Made by a program: the position numbers and the translations under genes. A model generated the notes under the pieces. That model saw only the letters and a list, made by a program, of their open reading frames with translations. It was not told the DNA's origin and ran no database searches. 32,000 nucleotides of DNA, taken from Candidatus Electrothrix yaqonensis. Lineage in GTDB: Bacteria > Desulfobacterota > Desulfobulbia > Desulfobulbales > Desulfobulbaceae. Of this stretch, positions 15,922 to 25,525 are shown one piece after another (positions within the stretch are counted from its first letter, which is position 1; each line of letters opens with the position of its first letter). The stretch lies in the NCBI GenBank assembly GCA_047651235.1, contig CP178758.1, positions 3,510,001 to 3,542,000 on the forward strand. The letters are read 5' to 3'.

Positions 15922-16347
15922 TTATCCGTTATTGTTATTGCCGTTGTTATTATTGTTATTATTATTGTTATTATTATTGTTGTTGCTGCTAAAACCGGAA
16001 TACCCATAGTCGGCTGCTCCGGTATTTTTTTCACCCTCTGGGCCAAGGTAATAGAGCGGGTCAAGCCGGGTTATTCGCTCACCGTCAAAACGGAGGTAGT
16101 CAGCACCGGATGCGCTGCCCAAGGTTTTCGCTGTGTTCATGCCGTAGGCAGTGAAGAGGTAGAGGGTGCCGCTCCGGAAAAGGACAGAGGGATATTCCGA
16201 GGCATGGGTCTGCAGATGTTTGGCAATGAGGTGCCGCGCTTTTGCTCTGTCTTTGATGCCGGTCTGCTGCAGATAACTGTCCAGCTTTTGTCTCAGCGCC
16301 TCATCATTTTTGACCGCTGAGGACGATTCCATCTCCAAATTTATCAT
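15922..16347 (-). CDS. Hypothetical protein (141 aa) with a G/Y/S-rich segment and a poly-asparagine C-terminal tail
   Basis: An AGGAGGAG Shine-Dalgarno lies 6 nt upstream of the ATG at 16347. The C-terminus is ...GAADYGYSGFSSNNNNNNNNNNNNNNGNNNNG*. No family recognised for the first roughly 115 aa. Confidence 0.6.
   Translation of the reverse strand: MINLEMESSSAVKNDEALRQKLDSYLQQTGIKDRAKARHLIAKHLQTHASEYPSVLFRSGTLYLFTAYGMNTAKTLGSASGADYLRFDGERITRLDPLYYLGPEGEKNTGAADYGYSGFSSNNNNNNNNNNNNNNGNNNNG
15928..15984 (-). repeat. AAT/AAC (Asn) codon tract: 18 Asn codons interrupted by one Gly codon
   Basis: The plus strand reads gttattgttatt gcc gttgttattattgttattattattgttattattattgttgtt. The (aat)3aac unit recurs. 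Confidence 0.9.
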
Positions 16348-16998
16348 GACGTGCTCCTCCTGCGTAGGAAAAGTTCAATTGCATCCTTCCGCATTGTCCT
16401 GTCCTCCCATAAGTTCTTCCAGAGTGTCATTGTGACTCCGCCTCTTTTTGTACCAGCGAAATCAGCATATTGTCAAGCGGTTTCTGTAAACCTCCCCTCC
16501 GGAGCACCATTTTCACCTCATTTTGAGGGAGGTTTCCCGGATAGTAGGTTTTGGGGAATAATGACGTAGGATCAATGAGATACTTTGCTGGTAAAAAAGT
16601 ACTGCAACTTGTTGATCTGTAAAGTATTTTCTGCATTTCAACTCTGAAGAGCCCTTTTTTACCCCCTGAGCAGGGCAAAAACGGCCAAAAAACGACCCAG
16701 GTTCTCCAAAGGCTATCTAAACTTTCAGGACAACAGAGGATACGAGCGATTTTTTACCCCTACAGCCCGCCCCTGATGGCCGGGCGGGAGGAAACGGGGC
16801 GGCCCTGGTATTTTTATTCGCAATAGATTCAAAAGAACGTTATTTTTACAGGGCGGCATAAAATTCCAATATTAAAAATAGGATACTGTCTCGCTACCCC
16901 TCTTGCTGGTGCTGAACGTTATGAAAAAATGATTCTTCCAGGCAGCAGAGAGCAGGCCTGCACCGCATAATCAGACATCCTCCCGATAAAACCAGTCT

Positions 16999-17679
16999 AT
17001 GCAGATCATTCTGTTGCCCGGAATGGACGGAACAGGGCTGCTGTTCAGGCCCCTCCTGAAAGAGTTCCCGCCGGATATTGAGGCCCGGGTGATTAGTTAT
17101 CCCTGTGATACAAAACTAAGCTATAGCCAGTTAGTCAAATATGTGCGCAGAAGGCTGCCGGAGAACAAGGCCTTTGTCCTGGTAGCAGAGTCCTTTTCCG
17201 GTCCGATCGGCTATGCTCTGGCATCATCCAACCCGCCTTCAAATTTACAAGCAGCGGTCTTCGTCTCAACCTTTATAAGCCCGCCCAAAAGTTGGCTCTG
17301 GAGAATCCCTCCGTTTCTTCTGGTGCTGCTCCTCAAACTGCCATTGCCTTCATCTGTGCTCAAACGGTTTCTCTTTGGTAAGGACGTTGAAAATCAGACG
17401 GTCGATCTGTTCAAAAAGGCGCAGAAGATGGTCAGAAGCAGCATGCTCGCCTATCGGATAAGAGAGACAAGCAGGCTTGAAGGCGGAGAAAAGCAGATTG
17501 ACATACCATGCAGGTATATAGTCGGAGGGAAAGACAGATTGGTCTCTCCCATTCATTTTGAAGAATTCAGACGATTAGCTCCGGGAATTAAACTGACTGA
17601 AATCCCCGGACCTCATTTTATCATGCAGGCAAAACCCAAAGAATGTGCTCAGATAATTCAAGGATATATCAAGAGATAA
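16999..17679 (+). CDS. Alpha/beta-fold hydrolase
   Basis: 226 aa. Starts MQIILLPGMDGTG and has a nucleophile-elbow-like VLVAESFSGPIG. A His near the C-terminus (GPHF) is consistent with a Ser-Asp-His fold. Confidence 0.65.
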   Translation: MQIILLPGMDGTGLLFRPLLKEFPPDIEARVISYPCDTKLSYSQLVKYVRRRLPENKAFVLVAESFSGPIGYALASSNPPSNLQAAVFVSTFISPPKSWLWRIPPFLLVLLLKLPLPSSVLKRFLFGKDVENQTVDLFKKAQKMVRSSMLAYRIRETSRLEGGEKQIDIPCRYIVGGKDRLVSPIHFEEFRRLAPGIKLTEIPGPHFIMQAKPKECAQIIQGYIKR

Positions 17680-17969
17680 CGCTAAGCTCGCCCACCCGTT
17701 AATGCAGAACCGCGATACGCAGTGCGGGACAGGAGGCTGCAGTAAACACCGAGTTCCGCTATCGGCAGCAGGTCTGGTGCAACGGCTGGTTAAGACTTGG
17801 ATTCAAGTGATAAAGTGTATGTTTGTCGGGCAGCGTGTCAAACCAGGAACTTTGCAATAAAGATCTCGGATCGCGTAATACTTGCCTACGCAGAAAAATA
17901 GCGTTATAACTACTAATTTACATTACCAGCACCAGTTTCCTTTCTACCCGGTAAAACCAACCAAAGCGT

Positions 17970-20369
17970 ATGAATCGTCCTGCAATGAAGTTCCGCCCTT
18001 TTCTTTTCCTCTTCCTTTTTTTTCTGCCTGCCGTTACTGCTTTCTTTTTTTCTGGTACAGCTTCGGCAACCCCGGCTCTGCCCGATATCCCTGAACCTGT
18101 TGAGCTGAAAATGCACAGCGGAACCGCAGAGGAGGCATTGGCCTTCATTGAACAGCGGCAGAAAAAAACCGAAGAGCTTGCCGCAGACTCTGCACTCCTA
18201 CTGGATCAGAGCGTGAATATGGAGACGAAGGAGACGGACATCCGGGAAGCGTTGACCAATGCCGGGGAACTGTTTCGGGAAGCAGTTTCGCAGCTGCAGC
18301 GGCTGAAGGCGGAATGGAAAAAGTCTGCAGAAACCTACATCAAGCCGCCACAGCTCGGTCAAGAACCATATTCTCTGACCCTGTTTAATGAAATCAGAGT
18401 GTTTCAGAAGGAAGTTCATCTGCATCTGGGCCAGTGTACCCGGAATATCGAAGCCCTCGACAAACGGCTTGCCACCCTGAAAAACAATATCGATCCCCGT
18501 TTTGCTGATTATTCCCGTCTGAAGCAGAAAAAGGAGGACAGGCCTTTTGCTTTGGAAAAATCTGCATATATCTTCAGTATGCAGGCAAAATACTCTCTGC
18601 TTGCCCTGCGTCAGTCCCGGCTGAAGAAACAGAAGGAGAATCTCGCTGCGCTTGAAGAACAGGGCAGCGAATTGATTCAGCGGACTTTCGAGCATCTCAA
18701 TATTCTGCAGGAAGAGCTTGCCAAGCGAAAGAAAGAGAAAGAACAAGCTCTGCTTGAACAGGAACGCCTTGCTGCGTTAGTGCAGAAAAAAACGAACAGG
18801 CTGGATAGTGAGCTGCTGCAGTCTGAAGTAGACTTGGAGAAGCTGGAAGAAAATCGGGACAAGACAGCAGAAAATCTGCATATTCAGGATCTCCTCAAAG
18901 TTGAGCAAAGGCGGCTTGCCTCAAAACAGGAGACCCTGAATGTGGAGCGGTCCGGCTTTGAACAGGAAAAACTCAAACAGAAGATAAGTACCCTCATGTC
19001 GGTCCTGGTTTATGCCCAGGTCAGATACTATGCCGATGAAAAACAGGAGGAACCTGCGGACAAAATTCAATACTGGAGCGAAAAGCAGGAAGAATTTCAG
19101 GGAACGTACAAGTCGGTAGGCGAAGAGCTGCTCCTGCTCAGCCGGCAGAAAAATCAGGTGCAGCAGAATTTTCTGCTTGCTGAGGATGAGCTCGAAAATA
19201 CGACAGATCAGAAAGTCAGAAATGCCTTGGCCAAGCTAAAAAAACAGCTGGACGAAGAACAGGAACTGCTTGATTCAGCTATTGCCGCGCTGCTCGATAA
19301 TCAGCAGAACCTCAAAGCGCTGCTTAACGAGATTAACTGGTATCTTGATTTCCGTCGTAACCAGATGCCCTGGTATACAACCCTTTCTGTTGATTTTGAA
19401 CAAAATCTCCGTAAATTTAAGGATAATGCTCTGGAAGTTGTCTACCATCCGCTGTTTTCCTTCAGTCAGGTTGAGGTCAATCTTGCCGTTATCCTGAAAT
19501 TCATTTTTCTGCTGCTCCTCGGCCTGCTTCTGCTCCGTCTGACCCGGAACCATGCAGTCAAGATTTTAGAGAAGAATACCAGAATGTCGCACGGCTCTGT
19601 AAACTCCCTGACCACGCTCGGTTACTATCTTGCTCTGGCTCCGGTTTTCTTTATTGTTCTCAGTGCGCTGGGTATCAATCTGACCCAGCTGACCGTTATT
19701 TTCGGTGCCCTGGGTATCGGGATCGGTTTCGGCCTGCAGACGATCATGAATAATTTTATCAGCGGCATCATTCTGCTGGCGGAGCGTGCTGTCCGGACCG
19801 GGGATATTGTCAACCTGGAAAGCGGGGTCACCGGTGAAGTGAAAAAGGTGGCGATCCGGTCAACGATTATCAGGACGGTGAACGGGGATGATATCATTGT
19901 GCCCAATTCCGAATTTGTCTCCGGCAGAGTCAATACCTGGACCTACAGCGATGACTGGCGCAGACTCACGGTTCCTTTCGGGGTTTCCTACGCTTCCGAC
20001 CCGGATGAGATTGTCCGCCTGGCCACGGAAACGGCCAGAGAGGTGGATACAACCAGAGAGGACAAGGAGCACCCGATCCGGATCGTTTTTGAAGGATACG
20101 GCGAAAGCAGTCTTGATTTTTCTATCCGGGTGTGGTGCCGTATACATCAGCTCCAGGCATTTTCCGGCCTGCGCAGCCCGTACTACTTTGTCCTGTTCAG
20201 GAAGCTCCAGGAAGCCGGGGTGGAAATTCCCTTTCCCCAGCGGGATCTGCATCTGCGCTCCGTGGCGCCGCAGGCGGCTGCTTTGTTCCGGCAGCCGGAA
20301 AAACAGGAAACAGAAAAAACAGAAGACAACAATCCGCAGGGTAATTCCGCTCAGGTGCGTTTTTCCTGA
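17970..20369 (+). CDS. Mechanosensitive ion channel, MscK/MscM-like (MscS family) with a long coiled-coil periplasmic N-terminal domain
   Basis: Signal peptide (FLFLFLFFLPAVTAFFFSGTASA), about 480 aa rich in coiled coil, then TM helices. The MscS pore/beta-domain signature is FGALGIGIGFGLQTIMNNFISGIILLAERAVRTGDIV...G.V..V..R.T.IRT. Confidence 0.85.
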   Translation: MNRPAMKFRPFLFLFLFFLPAVTAFFFSGTASATPALPDIPEPVELKMHSGTAEEALAFIEQRQKKTEELAADSALLLDQSVNMETKETDIREALTNAGELFREAVSQLQRLKAEWKKSAETYIKPPQLGQEPYSLTLFNEIRVFQKEVHLHLGQCTRNIEALDKRLATLKNNIDPRFADYSRLKQKKEDRPFALEKSAYIFSMQAKYSLLALRQSRLKKQKENLAALEEQGSELIQRTFEHLNILQEELAKRKKEKEQALLEQERLAALVQKKTNRLDSELLQSEVDLEKLEENRDKTAENLHIQDLLKVEQRRLASKQETLNVERSGFEQEKLKQKISTLMSVLVYAQVRYYADEKQEEPADKIQYWSEKQEEFQGTYKSVGEELLLLSRQKNQVQQNFLLAEDELENTTDQKVRNALAKLKKQLDEEQELLDSAIAALLDNQQNLKALLNEINWYLDFRRNQMPWYTTLSVDFEQNLRKFKDNALEVVYHPLFSFSQVEVNLAVILKFIFLLLLGLLLLRLTRNHAVKILEKNTRMSHGSVNSLTTLGYYLALAPVFFIVLSALGINLTQLTVIFGALGIGIGFGLQTIMNNFISGIILLAERAVRTGDIVNLESGVTGEVKKVAIRSTIIRTVNGDDIIVPNSEFVSGRVNTWTYSDDWRRLTVPFGVSYASDPDEIVRLATETAREVDTTREDKEHPIRIVFEGYGESSLDFSIRVWCRIHQLQAFSGLRSPYYFVLFRKLQEAGVEIPFPQRDLHLRSVAPQAAALFRQPEKQETEKTEDNNPQGNSAQVRFS

Positions 20370-20511
20370 TTTTCGGCATAAAGCAAAAGTTTCGCATCCC
20401 GTGTGACAGCAACCTGTCGAGACAATCGTAGCTCACTGAACCTACAAGAGGTGAGGTATCGGCCACTATCATCTTGCTTCTTTTCGCATCTCCGCTGTCA
20501 TTACCAGATTC

Positions 20512-23112
20512 GTGCAGCCATGCATCTGCTGGTGTGACCGTAACATTCTGCTGCCGGTTACTCTGTGTTTTCTTGCGGGCACAGCAGCAGGCAATTCCAG
20601 CTGTTCCAGCTCACCGCTGTTATCTGAAGGGGCAGCGGTCATCGCCCTGCTCCTGCTGTCCGCTGCTGCTCTGCTTCTATTTCTGTACCGCCGATACAAA
20701 GCGCTTTCCCTTTTCCTTAGCCTGCCTCTGTTTTTTCTGATCGGGTATCTCAATGCTGCTGCACATCTTCAAATCCCCCGGGCTGCCGGGCATATTGCCG
20801 CTCTGCTGCAGGAACAGCAACAGGTCACGCTGGTCGGCACCTTGGTTACCATGATTGAAGAAAGCGGTACGCCGGATGTTGAAGATGAAGAGCAGGAGGT
20901 ACGGTCCCGCTTTGAGCTTGAGGTACAGGATATTTTGCTTCATGACGGCAGGCAGAGCTGGCAGCCGACTCACGGACGTGTCCGGTTGTCCATGCGGGGC
21001 AGTATGAACAGGAGGAAGAACAGGATGCAGCCGGGCGTGACCCTGATGGTCTCGGCGCGGGCCGGGCCGGTCACCGGTTTTCAGGTTCCGGGCGCTTTTG
21101 ATTATCCCGCCTATCTTGCGGCCAAGGGAATATATATCAGCGGTTACATACGATCCGACCGGCATATCGCTGTGCTCCGGGAGCAGAAACGAACCGCGCT
21201 GCAAAAACAACTCAGGAACCAGCTCCGCAGGCTGCGTTATCTGCCGGAACAGATACGGCAGCGGGTGAGCCTGTTTCTCCGCCAGCATCTTAATCCGTCC
21301 GTAGCCGGAACCTATCAGGCCCTGCTGATCGGCAGCCGGGCCGGGGTGTCTCAGGAAATCCAGGAGCAGTTCAAGGCCACAGGCACCATGCATCTGCTGG
21401 CCATTTCCGGACTGCACATGGGCCTGCTCGGCATCATGGTCGGAGGGGGCATCAGCCTGCTGCTGAAACGCTCCGAACGGTTGCTGCTCCACGTTCATGT
21501 TCCCACGATCAGTATGCTGGCTGCCCTGCCTGTGCTGTTCAGCTACAGCCTGATTGCCGGGCTGAATACCCCGGTTGTGCGGGCCCTGATTATGGCGGTT
21601 GTTCTCCTTGCCGCAGTGGTGCTGCGCAGACAGGGAGCCATGCTGCATCTTGCGGCAACGGCGGCTCTGGCCGTATCTGCGATCAACCCGTTGACCGTAC
21701 AGACCGCCTCGTTTCAGCTTTCGTTCAGCGCGGTTACGGCCCTGGCCTTATTTCTCCCGAAAATCCTCTCATCCTCTGTAGAGGAATCGGGCAGTGCGCC
21801 GGATGATCCGCAACAGGATCGGTTAAGGAAGATTCTGCACCGCTATCTTCTGCTGCCTGTGCTGGTCTCCGTCACCGCCACACTGGGCACGCTGCCCTTT
21901 ATGCTTTTTCATTTTCACCGCTTTTCCCTGATCGGCCCGGTGATGAATCTGCTGGTGGAGCCGTTTTTCTGTTTCTGGGCCCTGCCTTGGGGACTTGCGG
22001 CTGTTCCCTGTATTTTTTTTGCCCCGGAGGCTGCAGCGGTTCTGCTGCGCATCGGCGGTTTGGGAATTACTGCCGGGCAGTACTGCACCGCTGCAGGCAG
22101 TGCGCTGCCTTGGGCCTCGCTGTGGACCATCACGCCTACTGGTGCGGAGATATTTTTCTACGGTCTGCTCATGCTGGTCTGGCGCTCTGGTTTTCGGGTG
22201 CTGTGGATCCGCTCCGCCGCCCTTGCCGGTTCAATCCTGCTTCTGATTCATTTCACTTGGAATCTCTGGTTCCCCACTGTATCAGAGACCAGTCAGGTCA
22301 CCTTTCTGGATGTCGGCCAGGGATCGTCCTGTTTTTTGCGTCTGCCGGACGGGATACGCATTCTTGTAGACGGAGGAAGCGGCAGGGGGGAACGTTTCAA
22401 TATCGGTGAGCAGGTTATCGGGCCGTACCTCTGGAAGCAGCGAATATGGCGGCTGGATCAGGCGGTGATCAGTCATCCGCACAGCGATCACTTCAACGGC
22501 ATGGATTTTGTTCTGGCCCATTTCAGACCGAAAAAACTGTATATCAACGGCGATGCCCATCGGGAAGAAACCTATCAGCAGATCCTGGATCAGGCTGCGG
22601 AGCAGGGGACGAGGATTATGATTCCGAAATCCGGTAACCGCATCGCCGGGGGAGAGAACGCTGCGCTTACTGTTATCGGCATGAACGGATTGCCCGGGTC
22701 CAGCTCCATAACATCGGTGAATGATGCCTCTCTGGTGCTGCGCTACCGGCACGGCAGGAGAACCTTTCTTCTGCCCGGTGATATCGAAGAGCCGAGCGAA
22801 CATGTTCTGCTTCAGCAGCGGGCCGATATAACAGCAGATGTGCTACTCTCTCCCCATCATGGCAGCAGCACGTCCAGCAGCAGAGATTTTCTTGCTGCTG
22901 TTGATCCCTCGCTGATTGTTGTTTCTGCCGGGAAGTACGGCAAAAAGTACTATCCGGCTCCGGCAAACCTTGCCTTCTGGCAGGCACAGAATATTCCGGT
23001 GGCAATTACCAGAGAGCAGGGTACAGTCACCTGCACAACAGACGGGAAGGAACTGCGCTGCGGCTCTGCAGAAGACCGGAGTGATGCCGCTGATCTCCTT
23101 TTCACGGATTAA
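20512..23112 (+). CDS. comEC: DNA internalization-related competence protein ComEC/Rec2 with a C-terminal metallo-beta-lactamase domain
   Basis: Polytopic membrane core (..TGTMHLLAISGLHMG..) and a C-terminal MBL motif (VISHPHSDHFNG, later LSPHHGS). The exact start is uncertain. Confidence 0.85.
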   Translation: MQPCICWCDRNILLPVTLCFLAGTAAGNSSCSSSPLLSEGAAVIALLLLSAAALLLFLYRRYKALSLFLSLPLFFLIGYLNAAAHLQIPRAAGHIAALLQEQQQVTLVGTLVTMIEESGTPDVEDEEQEVRSRFELEVQDILLHDGRQSWQPTHGRVRLSMRGSMNRRKNRMQPGVTLMVSARAGPVTGFQVPGAFDYPAYLAAKGIYISGYIRSDRHIAVLREQKRTALQKQLRNQLRRLRYLPEQIRQRVSLFLRQHLNPSVAGTYQALLIGSRAGVSQEIQEQFKATGTMHLLAISGLHMGLLGIMVGGGISLLLKRSERLLLHVHVPTISMLAALPVLFSYSLIAGLNTPVVRALIMAVVLLAAVVLRRQGAMLHLAATAALAVSAINPLTVQTASFQLSFSAVTALALFLPKILSSSVEESGSAPDDPQQDRLRKILHRYLLLPVLVSVTATLGTLPFMLFHFHRFSLIGPVMNLLVEPFFCFWALPWGLAAVPCIFFAPEAAAVLLRIGGLGITAGQYCTAAGSALPWASLWTITPTGAEIFFYGLLMLVWRSGFRVLWIRSAALAGSILLLIHFTWNLWFPTVSETSQVTFLDVGQGSSCFLRLPDGIRILVDGGSGRGERFNIGEQVIGPYLWKQRIWRLDQAVISHPHSDHFNGMDFVLAHFRPKKLYINGDAHREETYQQILDQAAEQGTRIMIPKSGNRIAGGENAALTVIGMNGLPGSSSITSVNDASLVLRYRHGRRTFLLPGDIEEPSEHVLLQQRADITADVLLSPHHGSSTSSSRDFLAAVDPSLIVVSAGKYGKKYYPAPANLAFWQAQNIPVAITREQGTVTCTTDGKELRCGSAEDRSDAADLLFTD

Positions 23113-23155
23113 TCCTGAGTGAAGGCGCAACATGCTCTTTTTTCGTCTCCTTCCC

Positions 23156-23184
23156 TTGACGAAGGAAGGGGCATAGATTATTAG
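23156..23184 (+). promoter_or_regulatory. Putative sigma70-type promoter for tRNA-Leu
   Basis: TTGACG (23156-23161), a 17-nt spacer, then TATTAG (23179-23184), ending 12 nt before the tRNA 5' end. Confidence 0.35.
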
Positions 23185-23196
23185 TATAGGCCTACT

Positions 23197-23282
23197 GCGA
23201 GAGTGGCGGAACTGGTAGACGCACTGGATTTAGGATCCAGCGCACCGAGTGCATGGGGGTTCGACTCCCCCCTTTCGCACCA
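23197..23282 (+). tRNA. tRNA-Leu (anticodon TAG), CCA encoded
   Basis: Cloverleaf folded by hand: acceptor gcgagag/ctttcgc (one G-U pair), anticodon stem ctgga/tccag with loop tt-TAG-ga, a long variable arm, and T-arm ggggg ttcgact ccccc. Confidence 0.92.
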
Positions 23283-23449
23283 TGCTGTGCATCGTCTGAT
23301 GCGCAACGCTGTCTCTGTTGTGTGGTTTACAGTAGGTAACGAAAAAACGAAAGCGGGCCGATGAGCAGAATGAACCTGCATTGCTGCTCTCCGCATTGAA
23401 GAAAAAATTCTGCCCGAGGCAGGCAACGCAAAGAAAGGACTATAAGGCG

Positions 23450-24793
23450 ATGGATATTGCGGTTGAAGAGATAAACGAATTAGCCCGGAAGGTAACGATC
23501 ACCCTGCCTGCAGAGGATGTCCGGAAAGAGCTGGATAAGGAATACAACAAGCTGAGAAAGGAAGTTGCCCTCAAGGGATTCCGTCGCGGCAAGGTGCCGC
23601 TGACTGTCCTGAAAAAGACCTTCAAGGACCGGGTGGAACCGGAGGTTGCGGAAAAACTGGTCCAGGCCACGTATTTTGACGCGGTTGAGGAAAAGGAAAT
23701 CGATGTGGTTGTGCATCCGGAAATTCAGGAGACCGCTTTCCGGGATGACGGGACGTTTGAATATACTGCTCTGGTCGAGATAAAGCCTCAATTCGAGTTG
23801 CAGGAATATAAAGGGCTGGAGATCGCGAAGCCGGACTGCACAGTGACTGACGCCGAGGTGGAGAAGCAGATTGAGCAGCTCCGGCGCAGCAAGGCCGTGC
23901 TCCGTTCAGCGGAAGAGGGCCATGAAGTCACGATGGACGATATCGTGACTATTGATTTTCAGGGATTTCATAATGAGCGGGCCATGAAGGAAGTCCGCAA
24001 CGAGAATTATTCTGTTGATATGGGAACCGGATATCTGGGAGAGGATTTTGAAGAACGGATGCTCGGCCTGAAAAAAGGCGAAACCGTACTGTACGAAGCT
24101 GATTTTCCGGCTGACTTCCAGAATCCTGTCATGGCCGGAAAAAAGATTGAGTTCAAGGTGGATGTCAAGGACATCAAGGAACGAATCAAACCGGAACTGG
24201 ATGACGAATTTGCCAAGGATATTGACGAAAAGTATGCAACCTTGGATGACCTTCGGGCAGCAATCGCTTCGGATCTTGAACAGAAAAAAACAGGTGCTCT
24301 TGAGGGAGACCTGAATGACCGGATTATGGCGAAACTGCTGGACCTGAATCAGTTCCAGGTGCCGCAGCGGCTGGTGGCCTATGAAATTCAGGAGATGATC
24401 CGGCAGACCGAGGAAACTTTGAAACGGGCCGGGCAGACTCTTGAATCTGCCGGAATTAGCAGGGAAAAGCTGGTCGAGCATAACCGGGAACCTGCCGAGA
24501 AGCGGGTACGGGGCGATTTTATTCTGAAGAAAGTCGCTGAGCTGGAGGAGATCACCGTCACTGATGAGGATATCGAGCAGGGGTATGCCCGGATTGCGGA
24601 TGAATACAAGATGTCTGTTCAGGAGGTAAAGGGCTATTTTAAACGGCGGGAAGAAGTGATGCCGTTTGTGGCTGAGCTGTTCAATGAAAAGGTGCTCGGA
24701 TTTCTGCGCGAAGCCTCGAATATTGTTGAAGCGGCTGACGATGCCGGAGAGGCCGGGGAAAACGGAGAAGAGGCAAAGCAGGAAGCGGCATAA
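23450..24793 (+). CDS. tig: Trigger factor (ribosome-associated chaperone / PPIase)
   Basis: 447 aa. Carries the N-terminal ribosome-binding signature GFRRGKVP and a central FKBP-like region. Conserved tig-clpP-clpX-lon synteny. Start at ATG 23450 (MDIAVEEINELARKV...). Confidence 0.93.
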   Translation: MDIAVEEINELARKVTITLPAEDVRKELDKEYNKLRKEVALKGFRRGKVPLTVLKKTFKDRVEPEVAEKLVQATYFDAVEEKEIDVVVHPEIQETAFRDDGTFEYTALVEIKPQFELQEYKGLEIAKPDCTVTDAEVEKQIEQLRRSKAVLRSAEEGHEVTMDDIVTIDFQGFHNERAMKEVRNENYSVDMGTGYLGEDFEERMLGLKKGETVLYEADFPADFQNPVMAGKKIEFKVDVKDIKERIKPELDDEFAKDIDEKYATLDDLRAAIASDLEQKKTGALEGDLNDRIMAKLLDLNQFQVPQRLVAYEIQEMIRQTEETLKRAGQTLESAGISREKLVEHNREPAEKRVRGDFILKKVAELEEITVTDEDIEQGYARIADEYKMSVQEVKGYFKRREEVMPFVAELFNEKVLGFLREASNIVEAADDAGEAGENGEEAKQEAA

Positions 24794-24874
24794 ATCTGGC
24801 TGCCTCGGACTGACCCGGACAGACGACCTGAAGGACAGTTGTTGACAGAAGAAAGAGAACAGAATAAACAGAAG

Positions 24875-24906
24875 AGCCGGGCAGGTCTGTCCGGCTTTCT
24901 TTTTTG
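24875..24906 (+). terminator. Hairpin plus T-tract between tig and clpP
   Basis: agccgg (24875-24880) pairs with ccggct (24891-24896), followed by ttctttttt. Confidence 0.55.
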
Positions 24907-24922
24907 CTGTGAGGAAAGGATA

Positions 24923-25525
24923 ATGAACTTGGTTCCAATGGTGGTTGAACAGAGTCCGAGAGGTGAACGGGCTTTTGATATTTATTCGCGGCTGCTCAAA
25001 GAGCGGATCGTGTTTCTCGGTACGCCGGTGAGCGATGATATGGCCAGCCTGATCGTGGCCCAGCTGCTTTTTCTTGAGGCCGACGATCCAGAGAAAGATA
25101 TCACCCTGTATATTAACTCTCCCGGCGGTGTGGTGACCGCAGGGATGGCTATTTATGATACCATGCAGTACATCAACTGCGACGTGGCCACGCTCTGCAT
25201 GGGACAGGCCGCCTCGATGGGCGCGTTCCTGCTGGCTGCCGGAGCAGAGGGAAAACGTTTTGCCCTGCCTAATTCCCGGATCATGATTCATCAGCCCCTG
25301 GGCGGCTTTCAGGGTCAGGCTACGGACATTGACATCCATGCCCGGGAAATTCTGCGGATGCGCAGCGACCTGAACCGACTGCTGGCCAAACATACCGGCA
25401 AACCGGTTGAAACGATCGAACAGGACACGGAACGGGATAATTTTATGGGAGCTGAAGAGGCGGTCAAATACGGCCTGATCGACAAGGTTCTGGAACGCCG
25501 TGAGGATGCCAAGGAGGAAGCATAA
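24923..25525 (+). CDS. clpP: ATP-dependent Clp protease proteolytic subunit
   Basis: 200 aa. [33 protein letters not shown] and the catalytic Ser context [21 protein letters not shown] upstream of the ATG at 24923. Confidence 0.95.
   Translation: MNLVPMVVEQSPRGERAFDIYSRLLKERIVFLGTPVSDDMASLIVAQLLFLEADDPEKDITLYINSPGGVVTAGMAIYDTMQYINCDVATLCMGQAASMGAFLLAAGAEGKRFALPNSRIMIHQPLGGFQGQATDIDIHAREILRMRSDLNRLLAKHTGKPVETIEQDTERDNFMGAEEAVKYGLIDKVLERREDAKEEA

Noticed and set aside
15821-16009. 62-aa plus-strand ORF with a poly-Leu run
   Set aside because: It is the complement of the Asn-codon tract of the minus-strand gene, so it is an artefact.
20677-21648. 323-aa minus-strand ORF
   Set aside because: Antisense shadow of comEC.
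23906-25393. 495-aa minus-strand ORF
   Set aside because: It is antisense to tig and clpP, both of which have unambiguous signatures on the plus strand.
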